Below are positions 14,392 to 26,844 of a stretch of 64,000 bases of DNA, piece by piece (the first letter of the stretch is position 1; every line of letters starts with the position of its first letter). Source of the DNA: Eledone cirrhosa (Eukaryota); contig OZ024763.1 in NCBI GenBank assembly GCA_964016885.1, positions 11,470,001 through 11,534,000 on the forward strand. The letters run 5' to 3'. The notes under the pieces are model-generated. The model was not told the DNA's origin. It made no database searches and saw only the letters and a list, made by a program, of their open reading frames with translations. A program made the position numbers and the translations under genes.

Positions 14392-14515
14392 ATGTTCTCC
14401 CAGAAACAATTAGTCCGATTGATGTTCATGTGTGTATGCTTGTCCCTGATAACTCAGGCCTATCCCTGTGGATCAAACCCACTTCAAGTTGTTCAAAAAA
14501 TAGCTGATGCAAAAG
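14392..14515 (+). CDS. Secreted prepropeptide, coding part of exon 2 (exon 14372-14515): MFSQKQLVRLMFMCVCLSLITQA-YPCGSNPLQVVQKIADAK(G)
   Basis: Acceptor TTTTTTCCAG|, AAAATG start, hydrophobic signal peptide ending TQA, donor AAG|GTGAG in phase 1. Confidence 0.85.
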
Positions 14516-14717
14516 GTGAGCTGCACTTTTCCTTTTCTCATCTTCCTGCTGTACTCATCGATATTTTAATCAATATATTAACTTAATATGTACCTGTATA
14601 ATTTAACGTGTTTCTATTTGACGAAAAACAATCCATTGTAATTTTATGTAAGAGCTTGCATTAAGTTATGTTCCAAACAGTTGCTTAATAATGAGAAAGT
14701 TAGTTATATTACTAAAT

Positions 14718-15922
14718 GCTATACCATACCATACCATTCTTTACCATACCATACCTTACCTTACCATACTATACCATACCATACCATTCTTTACCATACC
14801 ATACCTTACCTTACCATACTATACCATACTATACCATACCTTACCATACTATACCATACTATACCATACCTTACTATACCATACCATACTATACCATACC
14901 TTACCATACCATACTATACCATTCTTTACCATACCATACCATACCATACTATACCATACTATACCTTACCATACCTTACCTTACCACACCATACCATACC
15001 TTACCATACCATACTATACCATACCATACCATACCATACCATACTATACCATACTATACCATACCATACTATACCATACTATACCATACCTTACCATACC
15101 ATACCATACCATACTATACCATACCATACCATACCTTACCATACCATACCATACTATACCATACTATACCATACCTTACCATACCATACCATACCATACT
15201 ATACCATACCATACCATACCTTACCATACCATACCATACTATACCATACTATACCATACCTTACCATACCATACCATACCATACCATACTATACCATACC
15301 ATACCATACCTTACCATACCATACCATACTATACCATACCATACCATACCTTACCATACCATACCATACTATACCATACTATACCATACCATTCTTTACC
15401 ATACTATTCCATACCACACCATACCATACTATACCACACCATACCATACTATACCATACCATACTATACCACACCATACCATACTATACCATACTATACC
15501 ATACCATACTATACCATACCATACCATACTATACCATACCATACCACACCATACCATACCATACTATACCATACCATACTATACCATACCATACCATACT
15601 ATACCATACCATACCACACCATACCATACCATACTATACCATACCATACTATACCATACCATACCACATTATACCATACCATACTATACCACACCACACC
15701 ATACCACACCACACCATACCATACTATACCACACCACACCATACCATACTATACCACACCATACCATACTAGACCACACTATACCATACCACACCACACC
15801 ATACCATACCACACCACACCATACCACACCATACCACACCATACCATACCATACCATACCACACCATACCATACTATACCATACCATACTATACCACACC
15901 ATACCACACCATACCATACCAT
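14718..15922. repeat. (CCATA)n pentamer repeat with CTATA/CCTTA/CCACA variants
   Basis: Directly visible; source of the YHTIP ORFs. Confidence 0.97.
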
Positions 15923-15937
15923 ACATATGTGTGTTTA

Positions 15938-16210
15938 AAAATGAAAATAAACAAAAGATAGGTTCTAAATTAGTTCATTATTTTACGACTGTTTCAGAGG
16001 GTTGATTGATCATGATAGATCGATATATTGATTAGCAGGGAGTGGTTATGTCTCTACATATTTCTAGTCTTGTTATCCTAGATCCATCACACCACCTTCC
16101 TCTACCTCTTAGTCAATATATTGATCTACCGTGATCAGTCAACCCTATGAAACGATCATAAAACAATGAACAAATTAAGAACCTATCTTTGACTTTTGTT
16201 TTATTTTCAT
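15938..16210. repeat. Diverged inverted-repeat (fold-back) element
   Basis: AAAAGATAGGTTCT..AGGGTTGA.TGATCA..TAGATC.ATATATTGA is mirrored by TCAATATATTGATCTA..TGATCAGTCAACCCT..AGAACCTATCTTTT. Confidence 0.7.
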
Positions 16211-16281
16211 GGTTCAATAGACACATGTATATATATATACTTATATATATATACATATGTGTGCATATATATATATATATA

Positions 16282-16887
16282 GTTGAGACCTAGTGGTAAG
16301 GGTGTTGGACTTACGACCATAATGTTGTGAGCTCAATTCCTGGACTGGGTTGTGTGTTGTGTTCTTGAGCAAAACCCTTCATTTCATGTTGTTCCAGTAT
16401 ACTCAACTGAAAATGAGTACCAGCAGTAGCTGGGAGTTTAACCCTCCGATGGACTGGCGTCCTGTCCAGGGGGCAGTATTGTACTCTCAGTCACCCTAAT
16501 GCTATGAAAACTGGGATAAGGACTGGCCTGATATATATACATATATATATATATGCTTAGTGGTTAGAGCATTGGGCTTGCAATCGAAAGGTTGTGAGTT
16601 CAATTCTCAGACCGGGTGATGTGTTGTTTCCTTGAGCAAGACACTTTATTTCACATTGCTCCAGTTTACTCAGCTGTAGAAATGAGATGATAGGGACTGG
16701 GGTCCATTACATTCCACTGCAAAGTGGTCGTGGAGGTGCCACAGCAAAAAAGCACCCAGCACTCACTGTAAATGAGGTTGGTGTTAGGAAGGGCATCCAG
16801 CTGTAGAAATCAACCCAGAATCAGTTCCCGTCCCACCCTTGCAAGCAGGGAAAGGTGGACGTAAAATGATGATGATGATGATGATGA
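16282..16887 (+). mobile_element. Two CORE-type SINEs (16282-16530 and 16555-16887)
   Basis: tRNA-like heads, CTTGAGCAA core; the second ends in (GAT)n. Confidence 0.8.
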
Positions 16888-17243
16888 TACAAGGTACACT
16901 CAAGAGGTTTTGAGAGTTTTATCAGAGAGATATTTTTAACTCAGGTCAACACAACACTTTAGCTCCCTCAAAGTAGTCTAAGTAGGATCCTCCAACATCA
17001 ATCCACTTGTTGTAGTGCTCCATCCACTTCTGGAAGGCCTCCTTGCAGTCCTCCAAAGTGAAGGGGTCCAGGGTGCTTTTCACAGCTTCCTTCTTCTCCT
17101 CCATGAGAATAACCCTGAGCGTCTCCTAGGGAATACCTAGAAGTGACATGAGGCTAAGTATGGACTGTATGGAGGATGAGTGACAGTTCTGATCCCTATA
17201 TCAGTCAAGTAGTTGGTCACCAGAATGGATTGGTGGCTGGGAG
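16888..17243 (-). mobile_element. Mariner transposase C-terminal remnant
   Basis: Minus strand encodes KEAVKSTLDPFTLEDCKEAFQKWMEHYNKWIDVGGSY, matching the mariner end motif F.KW..RW.KCI...G.Y; TACAAGGT TIR-like start at 16888. Confidence 0.65.
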
Positions 17244-18073
17244 CATATATATATATATATATGTCATACGTAATTACTGTATATATGTGTCTATATATCT
17301 CAACCTGATTAGTTCTATCGTTACTTTGGTATGTATTGTGTGTTAGTTTCGCCTACCACAATGTTTGATTTGTCAAGCTATTTAAACGTATGTTATTACT
17401 CTGAGGTCCTATCTTATCGAGTGCTTTGCTAACTCATCATTTCATATAAGTAGGCCGAATTTACTTGCAAACCGCCAGAGATTCGATTTTACTGATTTCC
17501 AATTATATATATATATATATAGTTTCAGGGTGAAAATCCAACTAATTTGGGGGGTCCACGTAAGCATTGATATATGTATATGCGTGTAGAAGATAAAACA
17601 AATGGCACAGTACATGGAAAAAATATATTAGTTAAAGCTTGAAATAGCAGGAAGAGAGTCTTAACATTTTGGACACTAGTCCTTCATTAAAGGATAGAGT
17701 TAGAAAGAGAAGATAAATAGTAAGTAAAAATGGCTGACTGAATATGCACGTGTAGGTTTTTTTCTTTTCTCATTTTCCCCATTCCTTCCTCTCATCACTC
17801 CTGGAATTCTGTGGTACAAATGACCAAACCATTTGCAACACAAATTTCAGGAAATCAGCTAACCATCTAATCTCATATCAGTCAGGTTAAAACACAAGCC
17901 AGATTGATTTTGTAAGACAAGATAGATGAACAGTAATAAATGCTAAGGACTTCCCCAGAGAAGAATGTACCACCCAAGTTAGTTACTAGTGACATCAAAA
18001 TAAACCCTAAAGCAGAACAAGATATATGGGAAAATATGGAGATGGAAGGTTTGGAAGCCAAAGATTCTTTCTA

Positions 18074-18301
18074 TTAACCCTTTAATGTTCAAACCGGCCA
18101 AAACCGGCCAGAATTCTCTACCTCATTCTGTTGAAACTGGCTGTAACTGGTCGCACAAACTGATGTTAAGGTATTATTCTCAAAATAAATACTTTCAAAA
18201 TCTCATAGATTCAATATTATGTGAGATAATTATGTGAGGTAAAGCCTTTACCATGAAAATATAATAGTATTTATAGAGTAATGTGAATGCTAAAGGGTTA
18301 A
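18074..18301. mobile_element. piggyBac-type MITE nested in the RTE
   Basis: TTAA-CCCTTTAATGTT ... AATGCTAAAGGG-TTAA; related ends at ~11345 and 33895-34287. Confidence 0.7.
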
Positions 18302-18479
18302 ATATGATTTAGAAAGGTCTTACGGGAAGCATTTGATGAGAGGGGAGATTCATATGACATAGAGGCAACTGGAAATGTTTACATGACAATCTATTGCAAA
18401 CTACTGATGAGACTTGTGACTGGAGTAAAGCACCAACCAGACAGAAGGTGACCTGGTGATGGAACAGCACAGTGAATCA

Positions 18480-18760
18480 TTTCATCATTCATCATTTCAT
18501 TTTTACGTCCGCTTTTCCCTGCTTGCAAGGGTGGGACGGGAACTGATTCAAGTTTGATTTCTACAGCTGGATGCCCTTCCTAACACCAACCTCATTTACA
18601 GTGAGTGCTGGGTGCTTTTTTGCTGTGGCACCTCCACGACCACTTTGCAGTGGAATGATAGGGACCCCAGTCCCTATCATCTCATTTCTACAGCTGAGTA
18701 AACTGGAGCAATGTGAAATAAAGTGTCTTGCTCAAGGAAACAACACATCACCCGGTCTGA
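18480..18760 (-). mobile_element. CORE-type SINE (family B, 5'-truncated) nested in the RTE
   Basis: Nearly identical to 9978-10250; interrupts the LINE motif W*WNSTVN|RAIKAKR. Confidence 0.85.
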
Positions 18761-20301
18761 ATAGAGCCATTAAAGCCAAGAGATAGGCATGGAAAGACTG
18801 GAAAAATGGAGGTAGCAGAGACCAATACCAGGTAGCTAAGAGAAAAGCTGGATGACAGGTATACACGGCTTGGAGAGAGGCTGAAGGAAGAAAGTTTGCC
18901 AATGTCCTGAGACCTGAGGATCAGAGATGTGAAGTGTCAGTGTAAATCAGGATGTTGTTGGAGATAAGTGTGTTAGAAATGACAATGGGGCACTTAGCAC
19001 CACTGATGCTCAACAGAAAGAGACCTGAAAATGTTATTATGAGATATTAATGAATGTAGAGAATGAATGGGAGGAAGAGAAGCTACCCCCAACTTACCCA
19101 ACGGAGGGACCAACTATTGAAGTTGACAATTAAGGGTCAAAGATCCAACAAAGAGGGTGGAGAATGGTAAAACTGCTGGACCTTCAGAAATAGTAGCTGA
19201 GATGCTGAAAGCATCAGAAGTAGGAGTCAAACTAGTAACCTGCATAGTCAATCAGGTAATACAAGACAGAGTCATACCCAATGACTGGCGCAGCAGTACA
19301 ATTATAAATTGCTACAAGGGCAATAGTGATACTCTAGAAAGGAGCAACTATAGAGGTATAAAACTAAAGTTATGAAAGTGAGGGAAAGAGTTCTAGCACA
19401 ACTAATTAGAGGAAGAGTCAAAATAGATGAGATGCAGTTTGGTTTTATACCTGGGAAAAGTACTACAGATGCCCTCTTCTTAGTGAGACAACTACAAGAG
19501 AGATTCTTAGAGAAGAATAAGCCACTATATTTAGCTTTTGTGGATCTAGAAAAGGCCATTGATAGAGTACCTCAATCTATTACCTGGTGGTCTTTAAGGA
19601 AATTAAGTGTAGAAAAATGGCTTGTGAGAGCTGTGCTAGCCATGTACAGAGGAGCTGTCAGTAAAGTGAGAGTAGGAAGTGAGATCAGTGAGGAATTCCA
19701 GGTTCAAGTAGGAGTTCATCAGGGTTCAGTTCTTAGCCCACTTCTATTCATTATGGTTCGCCAGGCTATAATAGAGGAGTTTAAGACAGGCTGTCCACGG
19801 CAACATCTTTGTGCGAATGACTTGGTCCTTATAGCTAAATCCATAAAAGAACTAGAGAATAAGTTCCGACTATGGGAACAGAAATCAAAAGGTCTGAGGG
19901 TAAACTTGACCAAAACTAAAGTGCTAGTAAGTAGGAAAGAAGATAGGACCCTGATTCCTTCAGGGAATTGGCTCTACTCAATGTGTGTGTGTGTGTTTAC
20001 ATATACATATATATGTGTTTATCACGACAAAAAAAAACACACAGCCCCACACTGTAAACGTGGTTGGTGTTAGGAAGGGCATCCAGCCGTAGAAAACCCG
20101 CCAGACAGTTCTATACGAGCAGGACAACAAATCTTGCCTCAAGTGGGAAAACTTCCGTCCAAACCCATGCAAGTGTGGAAGACGGACGTTAAACGATGAT
20201 GATGATGATGATGTATATGTATATATTTTGTCGTCAAGTATGAAATTTGTAGAAAAAAATCTAATTTCTACAAATTTCATACCTGATGACCCAATATATA
20301 T

Positions 20302-20562
20302 ATAAATATATATCAAATATATAAGAACCGTAGAGCAAATATTTATTAAAATAACAGATTAAAGTTTAAGCAAAGAATCGCTGCTTTCACCCTTAACGGG
20401 ATCTTCTGAAACTTAGTTAGTTTCAGAAGATCCCGTTAAGGGTGAAAGCAGCGATTCTTTGCTTAAACTTTAATCTGTTATTTTAATAAATATTTGCTCT
20501 ACGGTTCTTATATATTTGATATATATTTATCCTTATCGAGCCCTCTTTGGATTTTAGTCTTC
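20302..20562. mobile_element. Fold-back PLE-like element (~110-bp perfect arms, 20302-20530)
   Basis: Same family as 8103-8308 with a different fold point. Confidence 0.8.
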
Positions 20563-20775
20563 AAATTTATTATTATTACTATTATTATTATTATTATTAT
20601 TATTACCGCCGAAGTTAACTTTGCCTTTCATCCTTCCGGAGTCGATAGAATAAAGTACCAGTAATGCATTGGGTAATTGCTGGCCTTGTGCCAAAAGTAG
20701 AAACAATTATTATTATTACTATATACATATGTATGTGCTATTATATATTAATATCTATGCTGTGTTTTCTGTCAG

Positions 20776-20971
20776 GTGTGACCTACAAGCAGTTATTGTC
20801 CAACATAGACTTCCGAAGACAGGTAAATTACCTGTACAAGAAATATGCCAGGTGTGTTGGTATTGTTGAAACAGGAACTTACAAGCGTACCATGGATTCC
20901 CAAATGTTGCCAGGCAGTGATAGTTCTTTCATTGATTCAACTAACCTTCAAGACCAAGGAGATTTATACCG
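20776..20971 (+). CDS. Secreted prepropeptide exon 3: (G)VTYKQLLSNIDFRRQVNYLYKKYARCVGIVETGTYKRTMDSQMLPGSDSSFIDSTNLQDQGDLY(R)
   Basis: Acceptor TTTTCTGTCAG| is phase-1 compatible with exon 2; open frame; donor CG|GTAAGT in phase 2. Confidence 0.85.
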
Positions 20972-21069
20972 GTAAGTCTCACTTACACATTATTATTATT
21001 GTTATTGGTTTGTACAGACGTGTTATTGTAAGCTCCTGTAAGTTTGTTGTTTTCTCATATATAAATCAT

Positions 21070-21710
21070 TGTTTTTTATGTATTTTTGTTGTGACAAAGA
21101 GAAAAAGACATCAGTCTTTGCCCTGATGAAGGGAAACTCCACAATATTTTGCACTTTCCTGGACCCGGAGGGTAAGTTGGTGATCCTGGATGTGAGCAGT
21201 AGTGGAGGTGATGCTTTTAGGCTGGTAGCCGTCTATACCCCAGCTGGGCATGACAGCCGGATCTCTTCAAGGGTCTGAAAGCCTTTCTGGGAACATCCTG
21301 CTCTTTACAGCTAGTGGGGGAACTGAAATGGCATCTTAGACGTCACTGAGACTGTGTGGGAGTAGCTAATAGAAGAGAATGCAAAAGCCTTAAGAACCTG
21401 ATTAGATGGTTCCATCTGTCTGACAGGTACTGACTAGATTTCCCAAAGGCATCCCTGTCATCTAGATCGTATTTAGATTGGTTTTTGATTAGGCTTGAAG
21501 ATAAAAATAAGCATAAGGTGTTCACAATTTCAAACAGTCGCCTATTTAAATAACAAATTCTTGATCTGCATGGTCGACCTAGATAGAACATACAGACAGG
21601 GACCTGGTTACTGGTTAATGTGCATAAAACCTACAGTGATTGAATTAGCACATTAGTTAAGTACCAGTTGGTAGGGGCAATCGTCAACAACATGTGGTGA
21701 GGTACTCTCA
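21070..21710 (+). mobile_element. Decayed L1/Tx1-like endonuclease fragment
   Basis: FLDPEGKLVILDVSSSGGDAFRLVAVYTP resembles the APE motif D.EGR....D......RL..VYAP. Confidence 0.55.
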
Positions 21711-21794
21711 TACATACATACATGATGGCTAGCCCCTCGTTATCGAGTATGGCCATTGCATGAAAAAAAAATGAAAAAAAACATAATAACGACA

Positions 21795-22100
21795 ATAATA
21801 ATTGTTTGTACGTTTGGCACAAGGCCAGCAATTACCCAGTGCATTACTGGTACTTTATTTTATCGACCCTGTAAGGATGAAAGGCAAAGTTAACCTCGGC
21901 GGGATTTGAACTCAGAATGGCAAGGGCCATAACTCTATGCGTCAAAGCATGGTGTCCGACCCTTTACCAATACTGCCAATCCAACAACAACAACAACAAC
22001 AATAATAATTGTTTCTACTTTAGGCACAAGGCCAGCAATTACCCAGTACATTACTGGTACTTTATTTTATCGACCCCGTAAGGATGAAAGGCAAAGTTAA
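21795..22100 (-). mobile_element. Two SINE family A copies
   Basis: Reverse complement of the family A core and tail. Confidence 0.85.
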
Positions 22101-22169
22101 CATATATATATACACACACACCTATACATATCTATATATACATATACACATACACAGACACACACATGA

Positions 22170-22570
22170 TAACAATTAACAGTGCTGCGATCGAATGTGG
22201 CTTTTTAGCCCAGCAAATGATCTAAAATATCTTGCACAGAGTTGGCACCCAAAACATTCACTGGGAATAGCCAGCTGTGGTTGGAGTTCACGTACTTTTG
22301 CATGTCGTTTGAGCCCTCCTGCTGATTTACATTCTCTACCACATGCTTGGCAGGCATGATGAGTAGCATCTCCAACAGCAGCCTGGTAGTCAACCACTGG
22401 TCTCACTTTATGACTGCGAAGATGTGCAAAGTTTCGCACAGACACTGCATGTCAGCGCCATAGGAGGACCTTCACTGTTCTGGAAATGCACCAGCAATGC
22501 CCTTCCTCACATCCCTCTTTACTTTCTCGTATGCGATTCGAGATGCCTCAAAGGCAACTTTCCCCTTCAT
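22170..22570 (-). mobile_element. RTE-like LINE 3' end with C2H2 zinc fingers
   Basis: CQACGRECKSAGGLKRH and CQLCARYFRSFAGLKSH. Confidence 0.7.
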
Positions 22571-22654
22571 GTACAGTATTTCTCCATTTATTACGATCAG
22601 CAGCAACATTTTCCCATGTATCACAGCCACTAATCCCTTTATGTTTCGTTGCAG

Positions 22655-22748
22655 ACGATCTGACAGCTTCTACAAACGATCAACGTTGCTGAAACCTCGC
22701 CAAGACACAACAAACAACGTTGGACAACCATTCTACTTTTACAAATGA
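22655..22748 (+). CDS. Secreted prepropeptide terminal exon 4: (R)RSDSFYKRSTLLKPRQDTTNNVGQPFYFYK*
   Basis: Branch-like CACTAAT, pyrimidine tract and GCAG|; phase-2 compatible; splicing creates an RR site and continues the Y-dibasic pattern; total CDS 414 nt = 137 aa. Confidence 0.75.
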
Positions 22749-23083
22749 ACTCGGGATGACGAAACGAACTCTTTTACTCTGCCTTACACATAAGAAAGAT
22801 CTAACTAGTATTTTTTTCTCAGGGTAAACAAGCCTGGTTATGATGTCACTTCCGTCGGAAGTTCATCTACTTTCATTCTCTGTCCAACCAACAAACCAAA
22901 CAACTTTAATTCTTCGTCTTAAAAAAGAAATATATATATATATATATATATCTGAAACGATTTTACAAAAAAGAAAATGTAGGACATTTTTTTGTGTCAG
23001 AAAAAAAAAATTGACTGAAAAAAAATAGATTTAAAAGTTGGTCGTTTTTGGTCGTCATTTCTTTCTGCAATTCATTAAAAAAT

Positions 23084-23089
23084 AATAAA
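23084..23089 (+). terminator. Candidate polyadenylation signal AATAAA
   Basis: ~335 nt after the stop codon and followed by T-rich sequence. Confidence 0.4.
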
Positions 23090-23664
23090 TAAATATTTTT
23101 CTGGATTTATTTCGTCTTTTCCATCATCATCATCAGCAGCAGCAACAGCATCGCCACCGCCACCATCATCAATGTTTGACGTCCATTTTCCATGCTTTCA
23201 TAGGTTTGACGATTTCTCTCATACGTTCCATTCTGGTTTCGTTTCTATGTCCTGACACCCTTCCTAACGACAACCCCTTCGCAGTAATACGCCAGCTTCT
23301 GTAATCAGAAGGAAGGAAGGTAGGTGTAAAGGCCAAACTTGCTGTCTTCAATTCGGTATTCAATGAACTGGGTACATTTTATCATGACGATATATATATA
23401 TATGTTTATTCATTTGAATTTGAAAATATTTTTTCTTTGTGAGGAAGTCGCCTCAATACAGATAACTATATTAATAGTTAAATAAGTCGGGTTATGTGGA
23501 AAGAGAAACCTTTCTTTTTTTATTCGTTTACATTTCTTGAAACGTTTCTGTATGAGCGAACCAAGTAGAACATCAACCACCAGGGAAGTCATTCTTCCCT
23601 CTTTTCAAATATATCTTACTGTACCAAGGAATTTCCTCATTTTCCGATATATATATATATATAT

Positions 23665-24345
23665 ATAAGTATTAATAAAATAGATGTTCTTTTGATCAAT
23701 TACATTTTATTATATATATTTCGGATGTACAACAGTACGTCCTCATCAGACAAAATATAATGATACATGACATACCCTGAGATGTTAAATGGTTAAGATT
23801 TAATCAAGGTAGTGATTACTCGATAGAAAATGTTGCTTATATACTATCTGTGTGAGTGCGAAAACGTAATGAATTCATTAGAGAATGTGTGAGTAAGAAA
23901 AAATGTTGCATACTTAAAGTGTTCTAAAATTTTAAATTGTATGATACGATAATATCTAGGGAAACGTCTCATGAATCATAACACTCAGTGATAGCCACTG
24001 GAAAAAGATTTATAAGGATGGAAAGATAAAGTGTGTGGGGGGGGGGGGGGGGGTCGAAAGTTAAACGGTTAGAATTTGGAAATATTTAATTTATTATATT
24101 AATGTGAAGACTCCAGATTTCAGGATTATTTACTATTTAATTATATATTATTTATATAATTTCGATAAGTGTGTTATCATTTCTAAACCTCTGAATTGTG
24201 AGAATAACATTTTAATAACATTTGGCATCCTTTAAAATGTTATTCTCACAATTCAGAGGTTTAGAAATGATAACACACTTACCGAATTTATACTCAGACA
24301 TTCTCTAATGAATTCATTACGTTTTTGCACTCTCAAAAGCCGAAA
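23665..24345 (-). mobile_element. PLE-like element with hammerhead (23705-23755) and nested inverted repeats
   Basis: Minus strand TTTGT-CTGATGA-GGACGTAC.TGTT.GTACATCC-GAAA-TATATA-TA-ATAAAA; inverted repeats 24161-24286 and 23855-23895/24291-24330. Confidence 0.7.
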
Positions 24346-24989
24346 ATTCGACTTCGTACATTATATATATGTGTGTGTTTATCCCAGGTTCAATCGGGGG
24401 TAACCACAGTAAGTAAGGTACTCAATACATAGTAGAATATAAATATTTAATATAGAAATGGCTTCTACAGGACTAGAACTGTTTCATTCGGAAGAAATCT
24501 AATCTTAAGAAAATTAACAGAGAGAACAAGGCAACGAACGGAAACAAAACAAAACGAAAAACAATTTTTTAAGGGGAAACCTTAAACATTTATTTTTAAA
24601 AAAGAGAAATACAAAAGAAGGACATAGAACTCCACGGCCATCGGTTGTTGAGATGGACTTTGGCAGTTTTGACCCCTACCAACGGTACTGCTGGTCCACC
24701 TAGGGTCACAGCATCTGACATAAGCCAAACACTGACTAGTGGAGTAAGAGACGAGAGACTAAACATTAATTTATAGCAATTAAGCTAAATACACAGACTT
24801 TTGTGACGTCAGGGAAAAGTGTGGTGCCTCATATAGCACGAGACGTGAATTAAACAAAGAAAATAAGGAAGAAGAAGGAAGTAAGATATCTTAAAAAATG
24901 TAAGCCATTACAATGGAAGGGGATAAACTTGTTCGTCACATTAGATAAAATTAAGAAAATTAACAGAGAGAGGACAACGAACAGAAATT

Positions 24990-25047
<58 letters not shown>

Positions 25048-25421
25048 CGCACGTCAAACATAAATATATATATATATATACACAAACACATATATACATG
25101 TACGGACACACACACGTGTATATTATATATATACATATATACACGAAGGAAGCAAGACGAAATCTAATAGTCTGGCTCGTTATAATTCATGTTTATCTCC
25201 TCAGTGACAGATGCGGGTCTTTAATCGTAAGTTCTACACCGTTTCTTTTATATTAGTTCAATGTCTCCATATTCTGCACTTCTGTCTTTGTTATTTACAT
25301 AACTCACCAGCTTAGCAGCTTCGACGCCTTTTTTTTAAACCATTTAAATTTCACCGCCATTAGTGTACCATGAAGGCATAAGGGGTGGCCAACGCGTGGG
25401 ACCCCATTTGCTCATAATAGT

Positions 25422-25623
25422 GAGAGACGGGAGCGATGACAATGGGAGTTCGGCTCCTCTGTGCTCGGACGGAAGAGACGGAGGTGATGACAATGGGAGT
25501 TCGGCTCCTCTGTGCTCGGACGGGAGAGACGGAGGCGATGACAGTGGGAGTTCGGCTCCTCTGTGCTCGGACGGGAGAGACGGAGGCGATGACAGTGGGA
25601 GTTCGGCTCCTCTGTGTCCGGAC
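25422..25623. repeat. 51-bp GC-rich minisatellite x4
   Basis: GAGACGGAGGCGATGACAGTGGGAGTTCGGCTCCTCTGTGCTCGGACGGGA units. Confidence 0.92.
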
Positions 25624-25732
25624 ATGTGTGTGTATGTTTACTTCTTTTCAACCCTCAAATATAGTCACTTCCTGTAGCTACAAACTACAAACTGAAAAGG
25701 GAAAGGAAAAAAGAAAGAAAAAACACACGCAG

Positions 25733-26022
25733 GCAGGTAATAAATACATCTAGGACCACATACAACACACAAGCAGGTAATACACACATCTAGGGCCACA
25801 TACAACACCCAAGCAGGTAATACACACATCTAGGACCACATACAACACCCAAGCAGGTAATACACACATCTAGGACCGTATACAACACACAAGTAGGTAA
25901 TACATACATCTAGGACCACATACAACACATAATCAGGTAATACATCTAGGACCACATACAACACACCAGTAGGTAATACACTCCTAGGACCACATACAAC
26001 ACACATCTAGGACCACATACAG
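25733..26022. repeat. 40-bp minisatellite x~7, decaying rightwards
   Basis: GGTAATACACACATCTAGGACCACATACAACACACAAGCA units. Confidence 0.9.
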
Positions 26023-26844
26023 CAAAAGGCAGGCAAAGGGGTGGAAAAACGAACTGCTGTCAGAGCAAAAAAACAATATCTCGAGAAGCACTGGGAAATC
26101 TCGGCGGAATTCTACTGTTTTCTTCTTTAGAATGTCAAATGATGCTACCACAGTATGAAACTGTTACCAGTGCTACAGTGGGGTTTAAGGGTTGACTTTG
26201 GTGGTATATTGGACAAATTCCCTCGTTAATATTAGGACTGAACTCTGCCGACGATTCACCCCATCAGTCATAGTTATATGTTGTTTTGTTATTGGCTTTT
26301 TTTGTGGGGGAGGGACATGCGATTTTTGTAAATTCATTGAGTGAGTGGATTGTGGCGAAGTTAGACGAAATCTCAACACCTGTTTCGTTATAATTAATGT
26401 ACACACGCACGCATGCATGCATGTACAAATACAGATTCGGCGGGCAGGAAAGGCGAAGCGAAACGCAAAAATCAGAAATGATACTGGCAAAGTGCTCAAT
26501 AGTTAAAAACCAGAGCTAAACAATGTGTTAAGAAGCCATACAAAACTGAAAAGGTGGTCAAGAAGGCATTAACCACCCAAAGCCAAAAACCGAATCAAGC
26601 TAAACAGGTCAAAACAAAATAAATGATAACCAGACCTGGACTCCCGGAATTGCTGTTAAAATCCGATGTAGAGTTTCTGTGACACCTAAATCAATATAGT
26701 CTGCTTAAAAATATAAGTTTTGGGTATAATGATCGAACAAGGAATATCACGTTATCAACAGGTATTTCGCTCTGTACCAAATAAGTGAATGACACGGTGG
26801 TAAGTTAAACCATACATACATCTAGGTGTATGGTATATATATAT

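Larger units (their letters stand above)
17800..19985 (+). mobile_element. Decayed RTE-clade LINE (APE end plus RT)
   Basis: NFRKSANHLISYQSG..SQIDF; GKTAGPSEI; QFGFIPGKSTTDALF; FVDLEKAIDRV; GVHQGSVLSPLLF; CANDL (degenerate YADD); frameshifts and stops. Confidence 0.92.

Noticed and set aside
14681-16005. YHTIP-repeat ORFs
   Set aside because: Pentamer microsatellite open in all three frames
22176-22445. C2H2 zinc-finger gene (also 38620-38889)
   Set aside because: Fingers match the C-terminal fingers of RTE LINEs and lie at decayed LINE 3' ends
22823-22923. Alternative last exon at acceptor TTTCTCAG|22823
   Set aside because: Phase-compatible, but it loses the RR and Y-KR pattern; the 22655 acceptor is upstream and fits better. 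It could still be a minor isoform
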